From assembly GCA_963781675.1 (NCBI GenBank), contig CAWAGF010000002.1, positions 249,776-313,775 of the forward strand: 64,000 nucleotides of DNA, written 5' to 3'. A program made the position numbers and the translations under genes. The stretch is from an uncultured Actinomycetota bacterium (GTDB taxonomy: Bacteria; Actinomycetota; Actinomycetes; Mycobacteriales; SCTD01). The notes beneath the pieces were generated by a model. The model saw only the letters and a list, made by a program, of their open reading frames with translations. It had not been told where the DNA came from and searched no databases. Each line of letters begins with the position of its first letter. Position 1 is the first letter of the stretch. Below, piece by piece: positions 11,741 to 20,836 of the stretch.

Positions 11741-12619
11741 GTGCCCCCGCCCACCCTGGACGCCTTCGAGCAGCAGCGGAAGGTGCTGCTGGGCCTGGCC
11801 TACCGGCTGCTCGGCACCTACGCCGATGCCGAGGACGTCGTGCAGGAGGCATGGGTCCGCTGGTCGGCTGCGGCGCCGCCGGACAACCCGGCCGCCTGGC
11901 TGCGCACCGTCGTCACGCGGCTGTGCCTCGACGAGCTGCGGTCGGCGCGGGTGCGGCGCGAGGCGTACGTCGGGCCGTGGCTGCCGGAGCCGGTGCACAC
12001 CGCGGACGGCGCGCTCGGGCCGCTGGACACCGCTGAGCTGCGGGACTCGCTCTCGCTCGGCTTCCTGCTGCTGCTCGAGCGGCTGTCGCCGTCCGAGCGC
12101 GCGGTCTTCGTGCTGCGGGAGGCCTTCGCGCTGCCGTACGACGAGGTCGCGGCAGCGGTCGGCAAGGAGCCGCCGGCCTGCCGGCAGCTGCACGTCCGGG
12201 CCCGCTCCAAGCTCGGCCAGGACGCCCCTGCGCCGCCGCGCGCCGGCCGGCGTGCACTGCTCGAACAGCTGCTGCTCGCCGTCGCCTCCGCGGACGTGCC
12301 GGGCCTGACCGCGCTGCTCGCCGAGGACGCCGTCCTCGTCTCCGACGGCGGCGGAGTGGTCAGCGCCGCCCGGCGGCCGGTCACGGGGGCGGACCGGGTC
12401 GCCCGCTTCCTCATCGGCGTCGGCACCCGGGTCCCGCCCGGCGCCACGATGGACGAGGAGGAGGTGAACGGCACCACCTGCCTGGTCGTGCGCGAGCGCG
12501 AGCGGGTGACGCAGGTCGTCGCCTTCGACGCCGGTGACACGCAGGTGCGGGCGCTGCAGATCGTGGCCAACCCCGAGAAGCTGTCACACCTCGCGGGGCT
12601 GCCTCGTCGTACGGGCTGA
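11741..12619 (+). CDS. sigJ: ECF sigma factor SigJ (ECF41, SnoaL-like C-terminal extension)
   Basis: DAEDVVQEAW, YVGPWLPEP, SDGGG and NPEKL motifs characteristic of ECF41. Confidence 0.92.
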   Translation: MPPPTLDAFEQQRKVLLGLAYRLLGTYADAEDVVQEAWVRWSAAAPPDNPAAWLRTVVTRLCLDELRSARVRREAYVGPWLPEPVHTADGALGPLDTAELRDSLSLGFLLLLERLSPSERAVFVLREAFALPYDEVAAAVGKEPPACRQLHVRARSKLGQDAPAPPRAGRRALLEQLLLAVASADVPGLTALLAEDAVLVSDGGGVVSAARRPVTGADRVARFLIGVGTRVPPGATMDEEEVNGTTCLVVRERERVTQVVAFDAGDTQVRALQIVANPEKLSHLAGLPRRTG

Positions 12620-12641
12620 GACCCCGACGAGAGGAACCCCG

Positions 12642-13193
12642 GTGCCGCGCATCGCCCCTGTGACCCGCCCCGGCCCGCTGGGCCGCATCGCCTACGCCGT
12701 CTCCCGCCGCCGCTACGGGCAGGTGCCCGAGCCGCTGACCGTCTGGGCGCACCACCGCGGCGTGATGGTGGCGACCCTCCGGCACGAGTCGTCCGTCGCG
12801 CGCTGGAAGGCGCTGGACCCGACCTGCAAGAGCCTGGCCGTGCTGCGTGCCGCGCAGGTGATCGGCTGCCCGTGGTGCATCGACTTCGGCTCGTTCCTGT
12901 CCGAGGACGAGGGCGTCACCTCCGCGCAGCTGCGCGACCTGCACCGCTGGCGCGAGAGCGACGCCTACACCCGCGAGCAGCGCCTGTGCCTGGAGTACGC
13001 CGAGGGCGCCAGCGCCACCCCCCTCGCCGTGACCGACGACCTGGTGGCCCAGCTGCGCGACGCGCTGGGCGAGAAGGCCGTCGTGGAGCTGGCGATGATG
13101 GTCGCGCTGGAGAACGAGCGCTCGCGCTTCAACGGCGGCCTGGGCTGCACGTCCCAGGGCTACGCCTCGGAGGCCTGCGCCGTCCCCGTCTGA
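12642..13193 (+). CDS. Carboxymuconolactone decarboxylase/AhpD family protein
   Basis: GCPWCIDFG CxxC motif; follows an ECF41 sigma factor, a typical association. Confidence 0.88.
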   Translation: MPRIAPVTRPGPLGRIAYAVSRRRYGQVPEPLTVWAHHRGVMVATLRHESSVARWKALDPTCKSLAVLRAAQVIGCPWCIDFGSFLSEDEGVTSAQLRDLHRWRESDAYTREQRLCLEYAEGASATPLAVTDDLVAQLRDALGEKAVVELAMMVALENERSRFNGGLGCTSQGYASEACAVPV

Positions 13194-13447
13194 GCGCGCC
13201 GGCGGCCCTCGCGGACGTACGCCGCCGTCAGCCCCGCGCACCACAGCGCGTTGACGACCGCAGCCGGCAGGTTGCCCTTGGCGAGCCAGCCGCCCGCGAT
13301 GAGCAGCGCGCCGAGCTGGGCGACCGCGAAGACCTCCACCTCGCGGCGGCGCCACAGCCGCAGGAAGCCCGGCACGAACAGCGTGAACGGCACGGCCAGC
13401 ACGTAGCCGAACAGCAGGGCGGTGTCGGCGGCGCTCACGGTCGTCAT
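13160..13447 (-). CDS. Small membrane protein
   Basis: MTTVSAADTALLFGYVLAVPFTLFVPGF...; about three hydrophobic segments. Confidence 0.65.
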   Translation of the reverse strand: MTTVSAADTALLFGYVLAVPFTLFVPGFLRLWRRREVEVFAVAQLGALLIAGGWLAKGNLPAAVVNALWCAGLTAAYVREGRRRAQTGTAQASEA

Positions 13448-13501
13448 GCTGCCGGACCGCCCCGCTGCCGGTCCACGCGACGCGCACGGCAGGATCGTGC
13501 G

Positions 13502-14560
13502 GTGACCGGATTCACGGACGAGCCGCGGGACCTGCGGGCCGAGGACGCCTTCGACACCGACGCCCTGCACGCCTGGCTGTCCGCCCGCGTGGACGGGCTC
13601 GGCGACGCCCCGCCCGAGGTGCAGCAGTTCGGCGGCGGCGCGTCCAACCTGACCTACCTGCTGCGCTACCCGTCCCGCGACCTGGTCCTGCGGCGCCCGC
13701 CCGCGGGGGTCAAGGCCGCCAGCGCGCACGACATGCGGCGCGAGCACCGGGTGCAGGCCGCGCTCGCGCCGCACTACCCGTACGTCCCGCAGATGGTCGC
13801 GTTCTGCGACGACGAGTCCGTCCTCGGCGCCGACTTCTACGTGATGCAGCGGCTCGCCGGGACGATCCTGCGCGGACGGCTGCCCAAGGGGATGGAGCTG
13901 GCGCCGGGACAGGCGCGCGAGCTCGGCTTCCGCGCCGTGGACAGCCTCGTGGAGCTGCACCAGGTCGACGCCGCCGCGGCCGGGCTGGGCGACCTCGGCA
14001 AGGGCCTGGGCTACGTGGGCCGGCAGGTGTCCGGCTGGTCGGACCGCTACCGCCGGGCGCGTACCGAGAACGTCCCGGACTTCGAGGCGGTGATGGCCTG
14101 GCTCGCCGAGCGGCAGCCCGAGGACGTGGCGAACTGCCTGGTGCACAACGACTTCCGGCTCGACAACCTCGTGCTGGACGAGGACCTCCAGGTGATCGGC
14201 GTCCTGGACTGGGAGATGGCGACCCTCGGCGACCCGCTGATGGACCTCGGCGGCGCCCTGGCCTACTGGGTGCAGGCGGACGACGACGACGTGTTCCGGC
14301 TGTCCAAGCGCCAGCCGACCGACCTGCCCGGCATGCCGACGCGCGCCGAGGTCGTCGAGCACTACCGCGCGCGCACGGGGCTGGCCGTCGACGACTGGGC
14401 CTTCTACGAGGTGTTCGGGCTGTTCCGGCTGGCCGGCATCGCGCAGCAGATCTACTACCGCTACCACCACGGCCAGACGACCAACGAGGCGTTCAAGGAC
14501 TTCTGGTTCTTCGTCACCTACCTCGACGAGCGCTGCCGGCGCCTCGCCGGTCTCGCCTGA
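13502..14560 (+). CDS. Phosphotransferase family protein (APH-like, ACAD10/11 N-terminal type)
   Basis: GGASNLTY, SAHDMRRE, LVHNDFRLDN, VLDWEMATLGDP. Confidence 0.9.
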   Translation: MTGFTDEPRDLRAEDAFDTDALHAWLSARVDGLGDAPPEVQQFGGGASNLTYLLRYPSRDLVLRRPPAGVKAASAHDMRREHRVQAALAPHYPYVPQMVAFCDDESVLGADFYVMQRLAGTILRGRLPKGMELAPGQARELGFRAVDSLVELHQVDAAAAGLGDLGKGLGYVGRQVSGWSDRYRRARTENVPDFEAVMAWLAERQPEDVANCLVHNDFRLDNLVLDEDLQVIGVLDWEMATLGDPLMDLGGALAYWVQADDDDVFRLSKRQPTDLPGMPTRAEVVEHYRARTGLAVDDWAFYEVFGLFRLAGIAQQIYYRYHHGQTTNEAFKDFWFFVTYLDERCRRLAGLA

Positions 14561-15195
14561 TGCCGGTCGTCCTGCTGGTCCGGCACGGCCAGGCGTCCTT
14601 CGGCGCCGACGACTACGACGTGCTGTCCGACCTCGGGCGCGAGCAAGCCGCCGTGGTCGGTCAGGAGCTCGCCCGCCGCGCGCTGCGCTCCCCCGCCGTC
14701 GCGTGCGGGTCGCTGCGCCGCCAGCGCGACACGGCGGAGATCGCCCTGCCCGCAGCCGATCTCCGGAGCGACCCGCGCTGGGACGAGTACGACCACCTGG
14801 GGCTGCTGCAGCGGTACGTGCCGGTGGACTCGGCGCACGACGGCACCTCGAAGGGCGTCCAGGGGCTGCTCGACCAGGCGCTCGCCGCGTGGGTCGACGA
14901 CCCGCACGGGGGCTGGGACGCCTTCTCCGACGGCGCCGCCGCCGCGCTCGCCGAGCTGGGCGCCGGCCTCGAGCGCGGACAGGACGCCGTCGTGTTCACC
15001 TCCGGCGGCATCGTCGCCGCCGTCTGCGCCGGCCTGCTCGGGCTCGGGGCGTCCGGTGTCGTGGCGCTCAACCGGGTCACCGCGAACGGCGCGATCACCA
15101 AGGTGGTGCTGGGCGGCTCCGGCGCCAGCCTGGTGGCGTTCAACGACCACGCGCACTTCGAGGGCGACGCGCGCAGGCTGCTGACCTACCGCTGA
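14560..15195 (+). CDS. Histidine phosphatase family protein
   Basis: LLVRHGQASFG; overlaps the upstream stop (TGATG). Confidence 0.9.
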   Translation: MPVVLLVRHGQASFGADDYDVLSDLGREQAAVVGQELARRALRSPAVACGSLRRQRDTAEIALPAADLRSDPRWDEYDHLGLLQRYVPVDSAHDGTSKGVQGLLDQALAAWVDDPHGGWDAFSDGAAAALAELGAGLERGQDAVVFTSGGIVAAVCAGLLGLGASGVVALNRVTANGAITKVVLGGSGASLVAFNDHAHFEGDARRLLTYR

Positions 15196-15225
15196 GCGCG
15201 GCGCCTCGCGCGACGGGCGCGGCCC

Positions 15226-15483
15226 CTAGTGGTTGCGCAGGGCGTCGACCAGCTGCTCCTTGCTCATCGACGACCGGCCGTCGATCCCGATCTCGCGGGC
15301 CCGGCCGAGGAGGTCCTTCTTGGTCCAGTCGTCGTAGCTGCCCGCCTCGCCGCCCTTGCGACCCGTCTCGGAGCGCGACGTCCCCGCCGACGCGTTGGAG
15401 ATGCGCGCGGCCTTCTCCTTGCTCGCTCCGTCGCGCCGGAGCGCCTCGTACTGCTTCTCGTCCTTGATGCTGCTCGCCGGCAT
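15226..15483 (-). CDS. Small protein with Rho-termination-factor N-terminal-like domain
   Basis: SIKDEKQYEALRRDGASKEKAARISN...YDDWTKKDLLGRAREIGIDGRSSMSKEQLVDALR. Confidence 0.8.
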   Translation of the reverse strand: MPASSIKDEKQYEALRRDGASKEKAARISNASAGTSRSETGRKGGEAGSYDDWTKKDLLGRAREIGIDGRSSMSKEQLVDALRNH

Positions 15484-15557
15484 GTCCTCACCCTCCGCAG
15501 GTCTGCTGGTGCCTGCCGGGTACCCCGGCCCCCGCGAGTGACACGGCTGCCGGCGGT

Positions 15558-16523
15558 CTACAGCGACCGCAGCGCCGGCAGGAGCTCCTCCTCGGCCCAG
15601 GCGCAGAACTCCGCCTGCGTCTCCGCGCCGATCTGCACCAGGGCCACCTCGGTGAACCCGGCCTCGACGAACGGCCTGATCTTCTCGACGTGCTCGGCCA
15701 CGTCCGGTCCGCACGGCAGCTGCTCGCCGACCTGGTCGGGGGTGACGAACTGCGTCGCGGCCTCGAAGGACGACGGCGCAGGCAGGTCGGCGTTGACCTT
15801 CCAGCCGAGCCCGAACCACCGGAACTGCTCATGGGCCCGCTGCACCGCCGCGTCGCGTGACCTGTCGTAGCAGACCGCGATCTGCCCCACCCGGGGCTTG
15901 CCGGCTCCGCCGGCAGCGTCGTACATCTGCCCGAGCTCGGGCTTCGGCTCGGTGGCGATCATGAGGTCGGCCTTGCGGCCGGCGAGCGAGCAGGACCGCT
16001 CGCCGGAGACAGCGATGCCGACCGGCACGCGCTCGTCCGGCAGGTCGTACAGGCGCGCGGACTCGACGTCGAAGTGCTTCCCGCGGTGGTTGAGGTGCTC
16101 GCCGTCCAGCAGCGCGGTGATGACGTCCACGGCCTCGGCGAGCATCTCGTGGCGGACGCCGACGGCCGGCCAGCGCTTGCCGACGACGTGCTCGTTCAGG
16201 TTCTCGCCGGCACCGAGGCCGAGGCGGAACCGGCCGCCGGACAGGATGCCCATGGTCGCCGCCTTCTGCGCGACGACGGCCGGGTGGTAGCGCATCGTCG
16301 GGCAGGTCACGTACGTCATCAGCGGGATGCTCGAGGTCGCCTGCGCGGCCGCGCCCAGGACGGACCAGGCGTAGCCCGAGTGGCCCTGGGACTCGAGCCA
16401 GGGGTTGAAGTGGTCGCTGATGACGGAGAAGTCGAACCCGCTGTCCTCCGCGACCTGCAGGTCGCGCACCAGCTGGTCCGGGCGGGACTGCTCGCACATC
16501 ATCGTGTAGCCGAAGGACGTCAT
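15558..16523 (-). CDS. F420-dependent LLM-class oxidoreductase (TIGR03557-like)
   Basis: GYTMMCEQ, ISDHFNPW, VTCPTMRYHPAVVAQ, GLGAGENLNEH. Confidence 0.92.
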   Translation of the reverse strand: MTSFGYTMMCEQSRPDQLVRDLQVAEDSGFDFSVISDHFNPWLESQGHSGYAWSVLGAAAQATSSIPLMTYVTCPTMRYHPAVVAQKAATMGILSGGRFRLGLGAGENLNEHVVGKRWPAVGVRHEMLAEAVDVITALLDGEHLNHRGKHFDVESARLYDLPDERVPVGIAVSGERSCSLAGRKADLMIATEPKPELGQMYDAAGGAGKPRVGQIAVCYDRSRDAAVQRAHEQFRWFGLGWKVNADLPAPSSFEAATQFVTPDQVGEQLPCGPDVAEHVEKIRPFVEAGFTEVALVQIGAETQAEFCAWAEEELLPALRSL

Positions 16524-16642
16524 GACACCTGGTCTTGCCGCCTGTCGGCCACTCGAACCCGGGCCCGCCGACGGCCGGGCTCCGGACGACCCGCAGCCGG
16601 TCAGCGGGACGGCGAGCAGCAGGACTGAGCGGGCGCTGCGGC

Positions 16643-17588
16643 TCAGCGGCCGCGGCGGGTGAGCTCGGCGGCGACGGTCGTCATGTGCGGGACGGTCAGC
16701 CCGAGCACGGCGGCGAAGGCGTGGTCGCTGGCCCGCTCCGGGTCCGCGACCGCGAGCGCTCCGGCCCCGAGCAGGCCGACGCCGGCGGCCCAGGCGCTGC
16801 GCCGGCCGAGGGTGGCGACGGCCGCGGGCAGCGAGCGCTGCGCCGGGAGCTGGCCGTCCGCGACGAGGGTGTCCACGACCCGCGCGGTGTGCCGCAGGGC
16901 GTGCCAGCCGCCGAAGTAGGCCGCGAACGACAGCGACGGCGGGGCCAGCAGCGCCAGGGCGACGAGCAGCGCGGTGTCCCCCGCCGCCTCGCGGTCCCCG
17001 GCAGCGGCGAGCGCCACGGTGGCCCCGGCAGCCACCGCGGCCAGCCCGGCGACCGCCGGCCGCGTGGCGGGATCGCGCAGCAGGGCGAGGCCGGTCCGGT
17101 CGCCCGTGGCGCGGCGTGGGCAGCGCGCCGTTCACCCCGACCTCAGGGTCGCGCCGGGCGGCCGTGCCCACCGCCGCCGGAAGGCCGACGGTCGTCACCG
17201 CGGCGGCGAGCAGCCGCAGCGCCGAGCGTGCGCGGGAAGGCGTGCCGGACCAGCAGGCGAGCTCGCCCTCGCCGAAGTGCGCCGCGCTGGCCAGCAGGAC
17301 GGCGCGGTCGACGCCGCTGCCACCACGACGGACCAGCACCGTGGACACCGCGGCCAGGGCGGCGTAGCCGGAGGTCAGCGCTACGTGGCGCGGACGGCTG
17401 CCTCGTGCCGCCGCGCGCAGCAGCTCGGTGTCCGCCGCGCCGTGCGGCATCCCGAGGGCGAGCGCGCCGAGCACCAGCGCCTGCTGCGCGCGGCCGTCCG
17501 GCCGGTGCCGCAGCAGCGCGCTGCTGCCGAGCGCCCCGAGCACGAGCAGCCGCGAGGTGCGACGCGCCCGAGGCAGCAGCGCGGTCAC
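16643..17588 (-). pseudogene. Brp/Blh family beta-carotene 15,15'-dioxygenase, interrupted by a frameshift near 17110-17125
   Basis: GMPHGAAD and AHFG in one frame; YFGGWHALRH and LTVPHM in another. These are the His motifs of Blh. Could be a sequencing error. Confidence 0.75.
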
Positions 17589-18799
17589 GAGGAGGCGCGC
17601 GCCCGCTGCAGGTAGGGAGCGAGCTCGATCTTCGCGACCACCCCGCGGTGCACCTCGTCGGGGCCGTCGGCGATCCGCAGCGCCCGCGCGACGAGCCAGG
17701 CCGGGCCGAGCGGCACGTCCTGCGACAGGCCCGCACCGCCGTGCAGCTGGATGGCCATGTCGACGACGGCCTGCGCCATGTTCGGCACGACGACCTTGAT
17801 CTGGCTGATGGCGCTCAGCGCGCCGAGCAGCCCCTCGGTGTCGAGCAGCCAGGCGGCGTGCAGCACGAGCAGGCGCGCCTGCTGGATGGCCATGCGCGCG
17901 TCGGCGATCCGCTCCCGGTTGCCGCCGAGGTTCGCGATCGGCTTGCCGAAGGCGGTCCGGGTGACGGCCCGCTCGCAGGCCAGCTCGAGCGCCATCTCGG
18001 CCAGGCCGATGGCGCGCATGCAGTGGTGGATGCGACCGGGACCGAGCCGGCCCTGGGCGATGGTGAACGCCCCGCCGGGCTGGCCGATCACGTTTGACAG
18101 CGGCACGCGGACGTCGTCGAAGCGGACCTGCCCGTGGCCGGACGGTGCGTCGTACCAGCCCATCGTCTGCAGCATCCGTTCGACGGTCACCCCGGGGGCG
18201 TCGCGCGGGACGAGGACCATCGAGTGCTGGCTGTGCCGCGGTGCCTCCGCGTCGGTCAGCGCCATGACGATGAGCAGCTCGCAGTCGGGGTGGCCGACCC
18301 CGGTGCTCCACCACTTCACGCCGTTGACGACGACCTCGTCGCCCTCGACGACGGCGGTCGCCTCCATGTTCGTCGCGTCCGAGGAGGCGACGTCCGGCTC
18401 GGTCATGCAGAACGCGGAGCGGATGTCGCCCTCGAGCAGCGGGGTCAGCCAGCGGTCCTTCTGCTCCTGGCTGCCGAACGCGTGCAGCACCTCCATGTTT
18501 CCGGTGTCGGGGGCGCTGCAGTTCATGACCTCGGCGCCCCAGTGGCTGCGGCCCATGAGCTCGGCGAGCGGCGCGTAGTCGACGTTCGAGAGGCCCGACA
18601 CCGACGGCAGGAACAGGTTCCAGAGGCCGGTCGCCTTGGCCTCGGCCTTGAGGGCCGCCAGCTCCGGCGGCGCCGTCCAGTCGGTGCTCGTCATCAGGCG
18701 CTCCCGCGCCGCCTGCTCGACGGGTGCGACCCGCTCGCGCAGGAACGTGCCGACCTGGTCGATCAGCTCGACGGCGCGGGGTGAGTGCGAGAAGTCCAT
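17585..18799 (-). CDS. Acyl-CoA dehydrogenase family protein (ACAD10/11-like)
   Basis: NCSAPDTGNME, FCMTEPDVASSDA, AQGRLGPGRIHHCMR, RIADGPDEVH. Confidence 0.93.
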   Translation of the reverse strand: MDFSHSPRAVELIDQVGTFLRERVAPVEQAARERLMTSTDWTAPPELAALKAEAKATGLWNLFLPSVSGLSNVDYAPLAELMGRSHWGAEVMNCSAPDTGNMEVLHAFGSQEQKDRWLTPLLEGDIRSAFCMTEPDVASSDATNMEATAVVEGDEVVVNGVKWWSTGVGHPDCELLIVMALTDAEAPRHSQHSMVLVPRDAPGVTVERMLQTMGWYDAPSGHGQVRFDDVRVPLSNVIGQPGGAFTIAQGRLGPGRIHHCMRAIGLAEMALELACERAVTRTAFGKPIANLGGNRERIADARMAIQQARLLVLHAAWLLDTEGLLGALSAISQIKVVVPNMAQAVVDMAIQLHGGAGLSQDVPLGPAWLVARALRIADGPDEVHRGVVAKIELAPYLQRARASS

Positions 18800-18854
18800 G
18801 GCTGCAGTCTCACCAGCGCGCCGCCGGGCCGCGACACCGGGCTGCGACGCCGGG

Positions 18855-19943
18855 TCAGGCCAGCTCGGGCGCGACCTCCGCCACGCGGGCGTGCAGCTCC
18901 TTGACCCGCTGGGCGTCGGCGGCGGGCATGACCAGCGTGGCCGTCGGCGTGTGCACGACGACCAGGCCCTCGCAGCCGACCAGCGTGACGAGGTGGTCCG
19001 GGTCGGAGGAGGCGACGACGTTGCCGCGACTGGCGTGCAGCACGGCCTTCGCGGCGCCGACCATGTTGCCGTCCTCGTCCGCGCCGAGCGCCTCGCCGTA
19101 CGCCGGCCAGGAGCCGACGTCGAGCCAGCGCGCGGCCAGCGGGAGCGCCGCCACGGTGAAGTCCGGCGACACGGAGGCGGGCTCCATGACGCCGTAGTCG
19201 ATGGAGAGCCTGGCCAGGGTCGGCCACGCGTCGCGGGCGAGCGGCTCCCACTCGGGCGTCCCGTACGCCGCCCCCATGGCGCGCAGCACCGGAGCCGACT
19301 GCGGCACGAACGCGTCGACGGCGCGCAGCAGCGTCGAGGCGCGCCAGACGAACATGCCGCTGTTCCAGAGGTAGCGCGACGGGCCCGCGGCGAGGAAGTC
19401 GGAGGCGACCGACAGGGTCGGCTTCTCGCGGAACTGCGACACCACGTGGCTGCCGGCGTCCAGCGGCTCCCCGAGCTCGAGGTAGCCGAAGCCGGTGGCC
19501 GCGTGGTCCGGCACGACGCCGAAGGTGACCAGCGCGTCCTCGCGCGCCTCCGCCAGCGCGAACGCGGCGTCCAGCGTCTCGGCGAACGAGTCGAGCGGCT
19601 CGATCAGGTGGTCGGCGGTGAGCACCGCGACGACCGCGTCCGGGTCGTGCGCGGCGATGACGGCGCAGCCCAGCGCGACGGCGGGCAGGGTGTCGCGGCC
19701 GGACGGCTCGACGACGAGCCGGTCCGCCTGCAGCCCCTCGACGTGCGAGACGGCCTCCCGCAGCTGCTCCCCCGCGCCGAGCCACACCTGCGCCGGCGGC
19801 ACCACCGACGTGGCGCGGGCGACGGCGATGTCGAGCAGCGAGCGGCCCTGCAGCAGCGGCACCAGCTGCTTGGGCAGGCCGGCGGTCGAGAACGGCCAGA
19901 GCCGGGTGCCCGACCCGCCGGCCAGGATCAGCGCGTGCCTCAT
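18855..19943 (-). CDS. manC: Mannose-1-phosphate guanylyltransferase
   Basis: ILAGGSGTRLWP, EPSGRDT, WNSGMF, SIDYGVME, WLDVGSW. Confidence 0.92.
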   Translation of the reverse strand: MRHALILAGGSGTRLWPFSTAGLPKQLVPLLQGRSLLDIAVARATSVVPPAQVWLGAGEQLREAVSHVEGLQADRLVVEPSGRDTLPAVALGCAVIAAHDPDAVVAVLTADHLIEPLDSFAETLDAAFALAEAREDALVTFGVVPDHAATGFGYLELGEPLDAGSHVVSQFREKPTLSVASDFLAAGPSRYLWNSGMFVWRASTLLRAVDAFVPQSAPVLRAMGAAYGTPEWEPLARDAWPTLARLSIDYGVMEPASVSPDFTVAALPLAARWLDVGSWPAYGEALGADEDGNMVGAAKAVLHASRGNVVASSDPDHLVTLVGCEGLVVVHTPTATLVMPAADAQRVKELHARVAEVAPELA

Positions 19944-20836
19944 GAGGAGTCCTCCAGGACGTCGGCCGAGCGGGTGGGCGCCGCCCCCTCGCCGACCGAG
20001 CGGACCCGCGCGGCGAGCAGGTAGCGCAGCAGCAGGCCGACGCCGAGCAGCAGGCGCACCGGCGCCCACTGCGGGCCGGCGTACTGCCGCGACAGGTAGC
20101 GGTAGATCGCGCGGTGGTGCTCGCGCAGCATCGGTCCGGCCGAGCGCGAGGTCGCGTGGCCGCCCTCGTGCGTGATGGTCGCCGCGGGCGCGTAGACGCT
20201 CTCCCAGCCTGCCTCCCCCAGGCGGCGGCACAGGTCCATGTCCTCGCAGTACATGAAGTACGACGGGTCGAAGCCGCCGACCGCGGCGAAGGCCTCGCGG
20301 CGCAGCAGCATGCAGGAGCCGGACAGCCACCCGGTCGTGCCCTCGACGGGCGAGCCCGCCTCCTCGCGGTACGAGCGGGTCCAGGGGTTGCCCGGCCACC
20401 ACCAGCCGCACAGCGCGTGGCCGATCCCGCGGCCCAGCGAGGGGAACGCGCGCGCCGACGGGTAGAGCTGCCCGTCCGGGGTGCGGATCGCGGGGCCGAG
20501 GCAGCCGGCGCGGGGCCAGCGCTCCCCGGCCTCCAGCAGCGCGTCCAGCGCGCCGGGCGACCAGGTCACGTCCGGGTTCGCGACGACCAGCCACTCGCCC
20601 TCGAAGCCGGACGCCCCGAGGTTCGCCGCCTTGCCGTAGCCGAGGTTGCCGCCGGTCGGCAGCAGCCGCACGCCGTCGCGGACCGCTGCCTCGGGGGCGC
20701 CGTCGGTGCTGCCGTTGTCGGCCAGCACCACGTCGTACGACCGCGTGGTCGCGGTGCCGAGCGTGTCGAGGAAGTGCGTCAGCGACTCACCCGGCGAGTA
20801 GGTGACGACGACGACGCGCAGCGCCGCCGCGGTCAC
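19940..20836 (-). CDS. GT2 glycosyltransferase, WbbL-like rhamnosyltransferase
   Basis: VVTYSPGE, DNGSTDG, NLGYG, NPD, YPSARAFPS, WLSGSC, YFMYCEDMDL; adjacent to manC. Confidence 0.85.
   Translation of the reverse strand: MTAAALRVVVVTYSPGESLTHFLDTLGTATTRSYDVVLADNGSTDGAPEAAVRDGVRLLPTGGNLGYGKAANLGASGFEGEWLVVANPDVTWSPGALDALLEAGERWPRAGCLGPAIRTPDGQLYPSARAFPSLGRGIGHALCGWWWPGNPWTRSYREEAGSPVEGTTGWLSGSCMLLRREAFAAVGGFDPSYFMYCEDMDLCRRLGEAGWESVYAPAATITHEGGHATSRSAGPMLREHHRAIYRYLSRQYAGPQWAPVRLLLGVGLLLRYLLAARVRSVGEGAAPTRSADVLEDSS

Noticed and set aside
15558-18314. 918-aa ORF suggesting a Blh/LLM-oxidoreductase fusion
   Set aside because: Artefact of the blh frameshift plus few stop codons; the oxidoreductase has its own ATG at 16523.
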